Assembly: GCA_039090665.1 (NCBI GenBank)
Contig: JAWCSL010000006.1
Span: 1 to 44,067 of the forward strand
DNA: 44,067 nt
Reading direction: 5' to 3'
From: Candidatus Aenigmatarchaeota archaeon
Lineage (GTDB): Archaea > Aenigmatarchaeota > Aenigmatarchaeia > CG10238-14 > SCSR01
The notes below the pieces were generated by a model, which had not been told where the DNA came from, did no database searches, and saw only the letters and a program-made list of their open reading frames with translations. This document shows positions 11,628 through 19,769 of the stretch, one piece after another. Numbering within the stretch: position 1 is the stretch's first letter; each line of letters begins with the position of its first letter. Made by a program: the position numbers and the translations under genes.

Positions 11628-13685
11628 TTACATTGGCGTGATACCTGTTGTCGTGGCTGCAGTGACCTTTATAGCTTTGACATTCTGGTCTTTTAGTAAA
11701 GTAGCATATTGCTGAACAACAGCACAAGCTGTTCTTGTGTTGGCTGCTTCCCATCCTGCCACAATCACTGTGTACTTACCGGAAGCAGGATAGTCTTCAA
11801 CTATTTTAATTATGGCAGCGTTCTCTGGTATTCCAGATGCTTCTCCACAAGCTGGGAATGTTAGACCCAAAGCTGCGGCAGCTTCCTGGTTTACACATGG
11901 TCCACCTACAACAACAAGGTTCTTTGTTTTGTCTGCAGCAGAAAGCTCTGTGTCGAGCTTTGCTACTGGTGCTGTGACTGGTGTGTACTTAAGGTAAGTT
12001 TGTCCTTCTACTGCTGCTCCAAGCTTACCAACATACACAACAGCTTTCTGTTGGTCGGCTGGGAGCTTCATAACCACTTTGTCTCTAGCTGTGTATTCTT
12101 TAATTCCTAATATTTCTGTTCCATAGTCAAGAGTTTCTTTCCATTCTTGTGTTCCTAGATTTACATTACAATTTCCATCCCCCTCTTCGTCTATGCATAC
12201 ATCTGCATCTTCAGCTTCTCCAGTTTTATTACCAAGCTGGAATTTCTTTCCATCATCACTTAGTTTATAAGCCAAATTTATAGTACCAGTGTCGCTTGTG
12301 TCTACTATTGTCACATTATTTTCATCGTCGAAAGTGATTGTGAAATCATGTTTGTCAAATGTTCCATCTATCTCTGCATCCTTAGTTGAAGCGCTAAGTA
12401 CCGTTCCTACTATCTTTCCTAATGACTCATCGTAGTATGCTTCAGCAACATGGCTTGTATTGAATGCAATGTATGCCTTCTTGTAAACTTCCCCTCCAAA
12501 CACAGGTTTGTCAGCTGTGATTACTATAGCTGGTAGCTCTCCTGCAATCTTTGTTTCTACATTCGTTGAATCATAAATTCCACCGCTTGTCTTTCCTGCT
12601 TCAAAGGTAAGAGTTACATACTCTTTAACTGCAAGCTCTTTAAAGCCAAATTCAAAGTAGTTGTTTGGAACGATTGCTTTCTCTCCTGCTTTGAGATATT
12701 GATTTGTTTCATTAATGTTGTAAATAAGTGATATTTCTTCTAGTTTATTGTTATCACTAAGTTTTATTGTGTCAAATGTCCAGTAATCATTAGTTGGGAA
12801 TGCATCACCTTCTTTGTATTCTTTCAATGTCTTACCTTTTGGTCCTACTACTACATCAGCTCTTAACACCACATTGTCGGCAGAAACCCATGCATCTATA
12901 AGCCTTACTTCTAAGCCTGTTGCTGAAGATGTAGCAGGTGATGTTTTGCTAACATAAAGTGTGTCAACTGTGCTGTCTCCTTTCATTATCTTTACTCTTA
13001 TCCAAGAGCCGTCCGCGGCGCCTATATCTGAGTAAATTGTGTATTCTCCGTAGGTTAACCCAGTTGTTCCATCGATTGAACCTGTAACTCCTGTCAATAT
13101 CTTAATTGAATTTAAAGTTTGGCCTTTTGTTGTTTCTACTATTGAAAACTCTTGACCAAACAACTTCAATTTCAAAGCTTTGTTAATGCTGCCTGCTAAA
13201 TTTAACTCTTTTGTGAATGTTACTGTGTAAATCAACTTTTTTCCTGTTAAATCTACATATATAGTTCCGTTAAGCTCATCGTCATGCTTCACTTTAGCAC
13301 CAGGAAGTGTTATCTTTTCTATTAGCATAGCACTTTGGTCTTCATATTCTATGGTTTCTCTTTTCAATAATGGCACTTGAGTTTTTGTGTAGGTTTCAAC
13401 TGAGATTGAACTACCAAGTGCTACTGACTGCTCTTTCCCTTCAACAGCTGCAGAAACTCCTGGCACTGCTACTTCTTCTGTGGATTGAACAGCTAAAGCA
13501 ATTGCTACATCTGCTGCTCCTACAACATCCTCAGGCTTGGCAGCCGCTCCAATTACTATCAAGAAATCTTCAACAGGCTTTCCCAAGAAACCGGGAAAGT
13601 CTGCTAGGGTTACTGCCAAGGCTGGGTAAACTGTTGTAAGAGCGGTCAATGCAGCCATCAAGCTTGCAATTATCTTTTCTTTCAT
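11628..13685 (-). CDS. S-layer protein (Methanococcus/Thermococcus-type N- and C-terminal domains)
   Basis: Signal peptide; 'IVIGAAAKPEDVVGAADVA' N-domain; 'NLVVVGGPCVN' and 'VAGW...T' C-domain; GAGGT RBS. Confidence 0.88.
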   Translation of the reverse strand: MKEKIIASLMAALTALTTVYPALAVTLADFPGFLGKPVEDFLIVIGAAAKPEDVVGAADVAIALAVQSTEEVAVPGVSAAVEGKEQSVALGSSISVETYTKTQVPLLKRETIEYEDQSAMLIEKITLPGAKVKHDDELNGTIYVDLTGKKLIYTVTFTKELNLAGSINKALKLKLFGQEFSIVETTKGQTLNSIKILTGVTGSIDGTTGLTYGEYTIYSDIGAADGSWIRVKIMKGDSTVDTLYVSKTSPATSSATGLEVRLIDAWVSADNVVLRADVVVGPKGKTLKEYKEGDAFPTNDYWTFDTIKLSDNNKLEEISLIYNINETNQYLKAGEKAIVPNNYFEFGFKELAVKEYVTLTFEAGKTSGGIYDSTNVETKIAGELPAIVITADKPVFGGEVYKKAYIAFNTSHVAEAYYDESLGKIVGTVLSASTKDAEIDGTFDKHDFTITFDDENNVTIVDTSDTGTINLAYKLSDDGKKFQLGNKTGEAEDADVCIDEEGDGNCNVNLGTQEWKETLDYGTEILGIKEYTARDKVVMKLPADQQKAVVYVGKLGAAVEGQTYLKYTPVTAPVAKLDTELSAADKTKNLVVVGGPCVNQEAAAALGLTFPACGEASGIPENAAIIKIVEDYPASGKYTVIVAGWEAANTRTACAVVQQYATLLKDQNVKAIKVTAATTTGITPM

Positions 13686-13710
13686 ATTTTTACCTCATAT
13701 TTTTTCCTAC

Positions 13711-13742
13711 CTGCCCAGTATAGCGAGAACTATACTGAGCAG
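13711..13742 (-). promoter_or_regulatory. 13-bp stem-loop in the putative S-layer 5' UTR
   Basis: Minus strand CTGCTCAGTATAG-TTCTCG-CTATACTGGGCAG (one G-U pair), between TATA-like TTTATATA (about 13783-13790) and the RBS. Confidence 0.55.
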
Positions 13743-13929
13743 TCTCGGGAATTTCTAAATAAAATTAAGGTTTCGGTAGCTATATATAAATTTCTTGAAA
13801 CAGTTTACACAAAATTTAAACCATTCTTTTAGACTCACTTTTTTCGCCCTTTTTTAAATTAAAAAATTGCTAATTGTTTCTAATACAAAAATAAGCCTTA
13901 TTTTTTAATTTTTTGGCTTATTTTTCCTT

Positions 13930-14862
13930 TTAGAAAAACTTGAACTTTTTCTTCACAATTTTGAGCCTGTTCGTCCTTCCCAGTTTTTCCACTTCTATTA
14001 AGCCTCGTTCAGCCAAGCTCTTAACAACCCTAGAAACTTTTGCTTTGGAAAGATTTGTTGCTTGAACTATTTTTTTCTGGCTTACATCACCCCCAGCAGC
14101 AACAATTGCATCCATAACTTTTCTTTCAAACTCATCTAGAACAGAAAGTATGATCTTCTCGGGCTTCTTTAAGAACTTGAAATAAACAAAAATTGAAATG
14201 AAAGTTGCGAGAACTATCAAAATTCCAGAATAGAAGAAAACTTGCGAAAATTTTTCTGTTTTTATTTTTTCGTAAATTATTCTAAATTTGAGCTCTTGTG
14301 CTGAGGATACATTCAAAAGCTTCCAAGTTATTATGTGATGTCTGCCATCGCTTAGAATTGTAACATTCTTCGGGAAAGAAAGTCTTTCTTTTACTTCTTC
14401 TCCCACAAGTGAAAACCCTTCCGGAAGCTTAACAGAAACAAAAACACTTTCAACATCCATTTTCAACCCTAACTCTGCATCAAACACATAATTCTTTTCA
14501 TCAAAAGCTTTTACAAAATCTAGTGTTTCAAAATTAAATTCAATTGTTCTTCTTTCTTGAGTAAGATTGAGCTTACATTTGAAATTACTGACAGCACCAG
14601 AGCTTAAGCTACAATCCAGTGGTACTCCAAGGCTGCTTGCATTGAATTTCTCTATTCTCCCTATCAAACTAAACTCAAAACTTTCTTCTGGTTTAGGAAA
14701 AGTTATGGTGAGCTTGACTTTAGCTTTTCCTTCTTCATTCAAAATGACATCTATCCCATAGTACTGAACTTGAGCAAAACCTATAGAAGAAAATAAGAGT
14801 AGAGTGAATAAAAATGAAACTAAAGCTAAAATCTTCACAAAATAAATGAGTTTTCTTGCCAA
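13930..14862 (-). CDS. membrane-spanning protein with C-terminal winged-helix DNA-binding domain (COG2512-like)
   Basis: Signal peptide, extracellular domain, TM, then 'SQKKIV..TNLSKAKVSRVVKSL.ERGLI..EKLGRTN'. Confidence 0.8.
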   Translation of the reverse strand: MARKLIYFVKILALVSFLFTLLLFSSIGFAQVQYYGIDVILNEEGKAKVKLTITFPKPEESFEFSLIGRIEKFNASSLGVPLDCSLSSGAVSNFKCKLNLTQERRTIEFNFETLDFVKAFDEKNYVFDAELGLKMDVESVFVSVKLPEGFSLVGEEVKERLSFPKNVTILSDGRHHIITWKLLNVSSAQELKFRIIYEKIKTEKFSQVFFYSGILIVLATFISIFVYFKFLKKPEKIILSVLDEFERKVMDAIVAAGGDVSQKKIVQATNLSKAKVSRVVKSLAERGLIEVEKLGRTNRLKIVKKKFKFF

Positions 14863-14875
14863 TTTATCCTTTTCC

Positions 14876-15874
14876 CTACTTCAAAACAATGTTTATCTTA
14901 AGCCCACAGTTTGGACATCTACCTTCAGTTAGATTTACCTTTTTCACAACCAAGTTTTCTCTTACTATTAAAGGCTCCCTGCAATTATAGCAGTAAGTGT
15001 TTTGGTCAGGATGTTTTGGAACATTGCTTATATAAACAAACCTCAAGCCTGCTGACCTGGCAACATCAGCACACCTTTCTAGTAAAGAAACTGGTGTCAT
15101 CGGTAATCCAGAAAATTTGGGATTTGGATAAAATTGTAGCAAATGGAAAGGCACTTCCGAACCAAATTCAGTGTTTATTATTTCAGCCAATTTCCTACAT
15201 TCTTCAACATCATCCCCAATTTGTGGGATTATGGTGTTGGCAATCTCAAAAAATACCCTATGTTTTTTCATTTGTTTTAATGTACTTATGATTGGAGAAA
15301 TTTCCGGAATTAGACTGTACCTTTTCATGAATTCTTTACTTCCCGATGCTCTCAACCTCACGCTTGCTGCATCAAGATATTTAGCTATTTTTTTCACAGC
15401 TTCTTCGCTTAAATAACCATTCGTCACGAAAACATTCTTAAGATTGGACCTATAAGCATACTTGGCAATTTTGAAAGCAAACTCAAAAGAAATTGTAGGG
15501 TCTGTAAAAGAATAGGCTATACTACTACACTTCCTTTTTTCAGCCATTTCTACCACATCTTCTGGACTGAGCTTTTTTGCTTGCAAGTTTGTTAAAACAA
15601 AATCATCTATACAGAAATGTTCGTTTAGATCGCAACCCAAAGTTGAAACAGAAAGACTTTTCGTTTTTGGCAAAAAATGGAACAAAAACTTCTTTTCTAT
15701 CCATTCTTCGCTTACATCAACCACTTTTTCGTAATTTAAAGTGTAGAGCTTGTTGTTTACATTTTTCCTCACTTGACACAAACCAAGCTTGTCTTTAGCA
15801 ATAAAACAATTAGCATGACAAAGATCACATCGCACACCATTTCTTTCCCTATGCCAAAGCATTGCTTCTTGCAT
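14876..15874 (-). CDS. AmmeMemoRadiSam (AmrS/PflA-like) radical SAM family protein with degenerate Fe-S motif
   Basis: N-terminal CDLC...C...GLC.VR, 'FVTNGY', C-terminal TYCYNC...CPNCG; the CxxxCxxC motif reads CDLNEHFC. Confidence 0.8.
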   Translation of the reverse strand: MQEAMLWHRERNGVRCDLCHANCFIAKDKLGLCQVRKNVNNKLYTLNYEKVVDVSEEWIEKKFLFHFLPKTKSLSVSTLGCDLNEHFCIDDFVLTNLQAKKLSPEDVVEMAEKRKCSSIAYSFTDPTISFEFAFKIAKYAYRSNLKNVFVTNGYLSEEAVKKIAKYLDAASVRLRASGSKEFMKRYSLIPEISPIISTLKQMKKHRVFFEIANTIIPQIGDDVEECRKLAEIINTEFGSEVPFHLLQFYPNPKFSGLPMTPVSLLERCADVARSAGLRFVYISNVPKHPDQNTYCYNCREPLIVRENLVVKKVNLTEGRCPNCGLKINIVLK

Positions 15875-15935
15875 CTTCTCCTCCCCTTTTAAACCTAACA
15901 AATTATTATTGGTTGTGAAAAGAAATATAGATTAG

Positions 15936-16020
15936 GCCCCAGTAGCTCAGGTGGTAGAGCGGCTGAGATGAGCCGAACCTCGTAAGCAGTAGGTCGAGGG
16001 TTCGAATCCCTCCTGGGGCT
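15936..16020 (+). tRNA. tRNA-Thr(CGU) with 12-nt intron at 30/31 (15966-15977)
   Basis: Acceptor GCCCCAG/CTGGGGC; removing AGATGAGCCGAA restores the GCTGC/GCAGT stem; BHL motif CGGC:GCCG, GAG:CTC. Confidence 0.92.
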
Positions 16021-16064
16021 TAAGAATTAAAATCTAGCATACAAAATAAAAATGAGGTGAAAAG

Positions 16065-16391
16065 ATGGAAATCGTGCTTTCGATTGAGCAAAAGAACTTG
16101 CAAAAAGTTAAAGATTTGTTGTTAAAAGATGATGTGGTCTCAAGAGCAAGCATCATTTTCAAAGAAGCTAAAAGCTTGAACGGAAGAGAAGGGATTTATT
16201 GTTACATCTCTGGCTTAGAAGAGCAGTGTAAAAGGGCTTTAGAAAAAGTTAAAGTAAAAAATGAGAAAACAGGTGAAATTCTAGAAATAGCAAGAGAAGT
16301 CAGCGGTGAAGAAAAAGAGGAAGTGATAAGCAAAATTAAAGAAGAAGAAAACAGAGCTCTAGAAGGATTTGGTGGAATTTTTCGAGAATAA
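16065..16391 (+). CDS. hypothetical protein
   Basis: GAGGTGA RBS; 108-aa ORF. Confidence 0.7.
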   Translation: MEIVLSIEQKNLQKVKDLLLKDDVVSRASIIFKEAKSLNGREGIYCYISGLEEQCKRALEKVKVKNEKTGEILEIAREVSGEEKEEVISKIKEEENRALEGFGGIFRE

Positions 16392-16432
16392 TTTTAATTT
16401 TTTTAACAACTCTTCACTTAAAAACTATATAT

Positions 16433-16519
16433 GCGCTGGTAGTCCAGTCTGGTCTAAGACGTCGCCCTGCCAATTAAAGCTGAACGGCGGAGACCCGGGT
16501 TCAAATCCCGGCCAGCGCA
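16433..16519 (+). tRNA. tRNA-Gly(GCC) with 12-nt intron at 37/38 (16473-16484)
   Basis: Acceptor GCGCTGG/CCAGCGC; stem TCGCC/GGCGG; relaxed BHL (CTGC:GCTG, 3 of 4 pairs). Confidence 0.9.
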
Positions 16520-16566
16520 CTTAAACTTATATTCTTGGTTTGCAAAATAATTTATTAGTTGGTTCC

Positions 16567-17115
16567 ATGCTATTTGGTAGGAAGAAAGAAGAAGTTAAGA
16601 GAGAAGAAGTTCAAGAAAATGAAGAGATAAAGCTTCCGACAATTGATGAAATCAAGCAACAATTAGGAAAAATAGAAGTTCAAGAAAAAGCTTTGCCAGT
16701 TCCAAAAGTTGAAGAAAGCCCTGTTCAAGTAAGAATGGAAAAGAAAGAACTTGAAAAAAGAACAAGAATTGAAGAATTGAAAAAGTCTGTGCCTCTTTTC
16801 ATAAAACTAGAGAGATATGAAGAAATCTTGAGCATGATAGAAGAGCTCAGAACACTTTTAAGCCTAATCAAAAACTCTTTTTCAGTTCTTGATGAAAGTG
16901 AAAAAATAAAGAGCGAAATTATAGAAACTATAAAAGAAAATGTGAAAAAAATGGAAGAAAAGGTAGCTTCCTTAGACTCAAAATTACTCAAACCAACTGG
17001 ATATGAAGAAATGGAAGAAAGAATAGAATATAAGTCCAAAGAAATGGAAGATGCTCTTTCGACACTTAAATCGCAAATTGATAAACTCAAACAAGAAATT
17101 CAGTCCCTTGAGTAA
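16567..17115 (+). CDS. coiled-coil hypothetical protein
   Basis: E/K-rich heptad pattern; ATG at 16567 preferred over TTG at 16540. Confidence 0.65.
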   Translation: MLFGRKKEEVKREEVQENEEIKLPTIDEIKQQLGKIEVQEKALPVPKVEESPVQVRMEKKELEKRTRIEELKKSVPLFIKLERYEEILSMIEELRTLLSLIKNSFSVLDESEKIKSEIIETIKENVKKMEEKVASLDSKLLKPTGYEEMEERIEYKSKEMEDALSTLKSQIDKLKQEIQSLE

Positions 17116-17152
17116 ACTTTTTCCATTACCATTTTTTAAAATTAATTATTGA

Positions 17153-17268
17153 GCAGGGGTAGCCAAGCGGTTAAAGGCGGCAGGCTCAAGTCAAGTTGAG
17201 CTTTGATTTCAAGATGAAAGAAACCTGCTGGCTTAGTGCCTTCGTGGGTTCGAATCCCACCCCCTGCA
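17153..17268 (+). tRNA. tRNA-Leu(CAA) with 32-nt intron at 37/38 (17191-17222)
   Basis: Acceptor GCAGGGG/CCCCTGC, stem GCAGG/CCTGC, long variable arm, T-loop TTCGAAT. Confidence 0.92.
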
Positions 17269-17374
17269 CAAGATTTTCTCTTGATTTCAATAAAAAACAG
17301 AAAACTTTTGTAACAACTCAATAGAGTCTAAAAAAATCTAAATAAAAAAAGAAAGAAAGCTGAACTAAATGCTT

Positions 17375-17653
17375 CTAGAATACTTCTATCAATGTTTCAT
17401 AGACTATGAGTAGAGCTCCTAGCAAAGCTAGAAGCCATGCAACAAGCTCAAAAGCTTCTCTGAGCAAGCCAATTTGTGGTGATAGGTAAGCTACAACAGC
17501 TGGAGCTGACCATGCCGCCACTGATAAGAAGAGAGCTGCAGCAACAGCCATTAACTGCCATCCTTTTGTTATCTTGATCTTTGCATATTGTGCCAAAGCT
17601 ACAGCTAGAAGGAACCCTACTCCCAGACCAAGAGTTCCTTCAAATATTACCAT
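17375..17653 (-). CDS. small multi-TM membrane protein
   Basis: Three hydrophobic helices; AGGTGA RBS. Confidence 0.7.
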   Translation of the reverse strand: MVIFEGTLGLGVGFLLAVALAQYAKIKITKGWQLMAVAAALFLSVAAWSAPAVVAYLSPQIGLLREAFELVAWLLALLGALLIVYETLIEVF

Positions 17654-17906
17654 CTCTTCACCTTAATTCAATATAATATATAGATGAGCATATAAAGGCT
17701 TCTGTTGCTTAAGAAATGATCATTGCTAAGTGATAAATTTTAAAAACTTCTTCAACTTCCTTTTTTGATTTTTTGATCTCCAAGTAAATGAACAAACTGT
17801 AAAAAGAAAGTTTTGAGTGAAAATTGAGAACACCACGAAAAATTACTCAATAGAATTCAGAGCTAAAGAAAAATAAAAAAATTAAAAAATTGAGAAAAAG
17901 ATTGAA

Positions 17907-17999
17907 TTACCATTCTTCCTCTTCTTCCTCTTCTTCCCAATCCTCTTCTTCCCAATCTTCCTCTTCTTCCCAAGTATCATCAAACTCTTCGAATTCCAT
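17907..17999 (-). CDS. 30-aa polyacidic Trp-spaced microprotein (not in ORF track)
   Basis: MEFEEFDDTWEEEEDWEEEDWEEEEEEEEW*; GGGTGA RBS just upstream; TTTAAATA about 40 nt upstream; T-rich tract after the stop. Confidence 0.65.
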   Translation of the reverse strand: MEFEEFDDTWEEEEDWEEEDWEEEEEEEEW

Positions 18000-18101
18000 T
18001 TTTTCACCCTATATGTCTATGTAAAGACACATCAAAGTATTTAAATCTTACTCTCTTTAAAAAAATTACCACCCTAAGGTATTCACTTGAAAACAAAAAA
18101 G

Positions 18102-18108
18102 TTTAAAT
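18102..18108 (+). promoter_or_regulatory. TATA box of SRP RNA
   Basis: A-rich BRE-like tract plus TTTAAAT about 25 nt upstream of 18133. Confidence 0.5.
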
Positions 18109-18132
18109 TTACTTTTGAGTTTAATTCTTTTT

Positions 18133-18421
18133 GCAGGAGGTCCCTGGTCGGAGAGCTAGGCCCTCTCTACTGGCAAAAAGCCAGTGGCAAATGGTCTAAA
18201 TGGCCGACCACAGCTTGAGGGCGGTACAGCTTTGGCAAACTATTCCAAGCTATCGACTGAGAAGTCTTGTCCCATAGGGCTGTCTTCCCATCGAACCCAG
18301 CCAGGCGAGGAATCGAGCAACTGTAAGATGGGTAGACAAGCGCTTATGGTAAACAGGACGGAGAAGATAGCTTGGGTGTAAATAGTTTGTCAAGCTGTAT
18401 CCACCGAGAGCGACCTCCTGC
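18133..18421 (+). ncRNA. ffs: archaeal signal recognition particle (7S) RNA
   Basis: Terminal helix GCAGGAGGTC/GACCTCCTGC; helix 8 CCAGG-CGA-GGAA-TCG-AGCAA; helix 6 GACT-GAGA-AGTC; about 290 nt followed by a T-tract. Confidence 0.9.
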
Positions 18422-18452
18422 TTTTTATTTCAAGAAAAAGAAAGTGATTTAC

Positions 18453-19190
18453 ATGAAAAGTTTTGTAATAATTCTTATCTTGTTAATTGCAACACTAGCT
18501 TTTCTGAATTTTTTCACAATCAATTTTGAAGAACTCAAGACTGAAGTCTCGATCCCTAGCTTTGAAAGAAAAACCATTTCTGAAAGCAATGTTGTTAAAT
18601 TGCCTGTACCTGCTATAGATGAAAATGGAAATGGTGTTTTGACTACTTTGATAGTTGAAGCTGTTCCTGGCAAAGGAAGAGTGCTCACTGACATAAATCA
18701 CTTGCTTTTCTTCATCGACACTCAAAACTCTATTCAAATAGCAAAATCCGTCGCTCAACAAATCACGGGCATAGACACTTCAAAAATTGATTTGATTTAC
18801 CAAATAGAGACAAATGCTTCAGCTATAGGCGGACCTTCAGCTGGGGCTGCTTTAACTATAGCTACAATAGCTGCATTGGAAAATAAAACACTTAACCAAA
18901 AAGTTGGAATAACAGGAACAATAAATCCTGATGGTTCCATAGGACCTGTAGGTGGTATAGAAGAAAAAGCTAAAGCCGCAAAAGAAGCAGGAATAGAAAT
19001 TTTCTTGGTTCCAAAAGGCCAAGGAACTCAAATAACATACACACCAAAAAGAGAATGTAAAAAGATTGGGCCAATCTTGTATTGTACAACTGAATATTTG
19101 ATAAAGAAAGTTGATGTAAGTGAGAGTGTTGGTATTCAAGTGAAAGAAGTGAGCAACATTCAAGAAGCCTTAAAATATTTTTTGGGATAA
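18453..19190 (+). CDS. membrane-anchored Lon-type S16 protease domain protein
   Basis: GGPSAG (Ser), TGTI, GPVGG..EK (Lys); N-terminal TM; no ATPase domain; ATG at 18453. Confidence 0.88.
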   Translation: MKSFVIILILLIATLAFLNFFTINFEELKTEVSIPSFERKTISESNVVKLPVPAIDENGNGVLTTLIVEAVPGKGRVLTDINHLLFFIDTQNSIQIAKSVAQQITGIDTSKIDLIYQIETNASAIGGPSAGAALTIATIAALENKTLNQKVGITGTINPDGSIGPVGGIEEKAKAAKEAGIEIFLVPKGQGTQITYTPKRECKKIGPILYCTTEYLIKKVDVSESVGIQVKEVSNIQEALKYFLG

Positions 19191-19760
19191 ATGATTATAA
19201 TGATGTTTAAAGAACTATTCACAAAAGAAGAAGTGAAAGATTTAATTGTTTCAACTATAGCTATTTCCTTTATTTTTGCTTTTCCCAGGTTTGAGTTGTT
19301 TTTCTTTTATTTGATTGCTGTTGTGTTTGCTTTTGTTTTTCATGAACTAGCCCATAAGTTTGTTGCTATAAAGTTCCATTGCTCAGCCTTTTATGAAATG
19401 TGGCCTTTGGGATTAGCATTAGGTTTTTTGTTCATGTTGCTTGGGATAAAAATACTTGCTCCTGGGGCAGTAATAATAAGGCCCTACAAGTTTGGAAGAT
19501 GGGGATTCAGAGTTACCAGGCTTACCGTGCCTGAAAGCGGGATTATATCTTTAGCAGGTCCTGCCGTAAATTTAGTTTTTGCTTTAATCTTCTATCCTTT
19601 TCCTGCCTTAAGCTTCATTTCTGATGTAAATGCTTGGCTTGCTTTTTTCAACCTTTTGCCAATTCCTCCTTTAGATGGAAGTAAAGTAATAGTATGGAAA
19701 CCTTGGCTTTGGTTGCTTTTCATCATCATAGCTTTTATTCTTGTTTCAAGGTTCTTTTGA
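19191..19760 (+). CDS. site-2 protease (peptidase M50)
   Basis: HELAH, AGP and FNLLPIPPLDG motifs. Confidence 0.92.
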   Translation: MIIMMFKELFTKEEVKDLIVSTIAISFIFAFPRFELFFFYLIAVVFAFVFHELAHKFVAIKFHCSAFYEMWPLGLALGFLFMLLGIKILAPGAVIIRPYKFGRWGFRVTRLTVPESGIISLAGPAVNLVFALIFYPFPALSFISDVNAWLAFFNLLPIPPLDGSKVIVWKPWLWLLFIIIAFILVSRFF

Positions 19761-19769
19761 GTGAAATAA

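Noticed and set aside
15963..15971. CTGA-GATGA box D/C-like words across the tRNA-Thr(CGU) 5' splice site
   Set aside because: No spacer for a K-loop, no antisense guide, and the D-like word is destroyed by splicing; not counted among the guide introns
17660..17900. AT-rich intergenic stretch as replication origin or C/D sRNA
   Set aside because: No repeated ORB-like motifs, no adjacent cdc6/orc1 and no convincing paired boxes
17907..17975. Repeated CTCTTCTTCC units as a CRISPR array or microsatellite
   Set aside because: No spacers; explained by Glu/Trp codons of the acidic micro-ORF
18184..18452. ORF 18184-18381 and the TTG-extended N-terminus of the Lon-like ORF
   Set aside because: They overlap the SRP RNA; the ATG at 18453 gives a proper signal-anchor start
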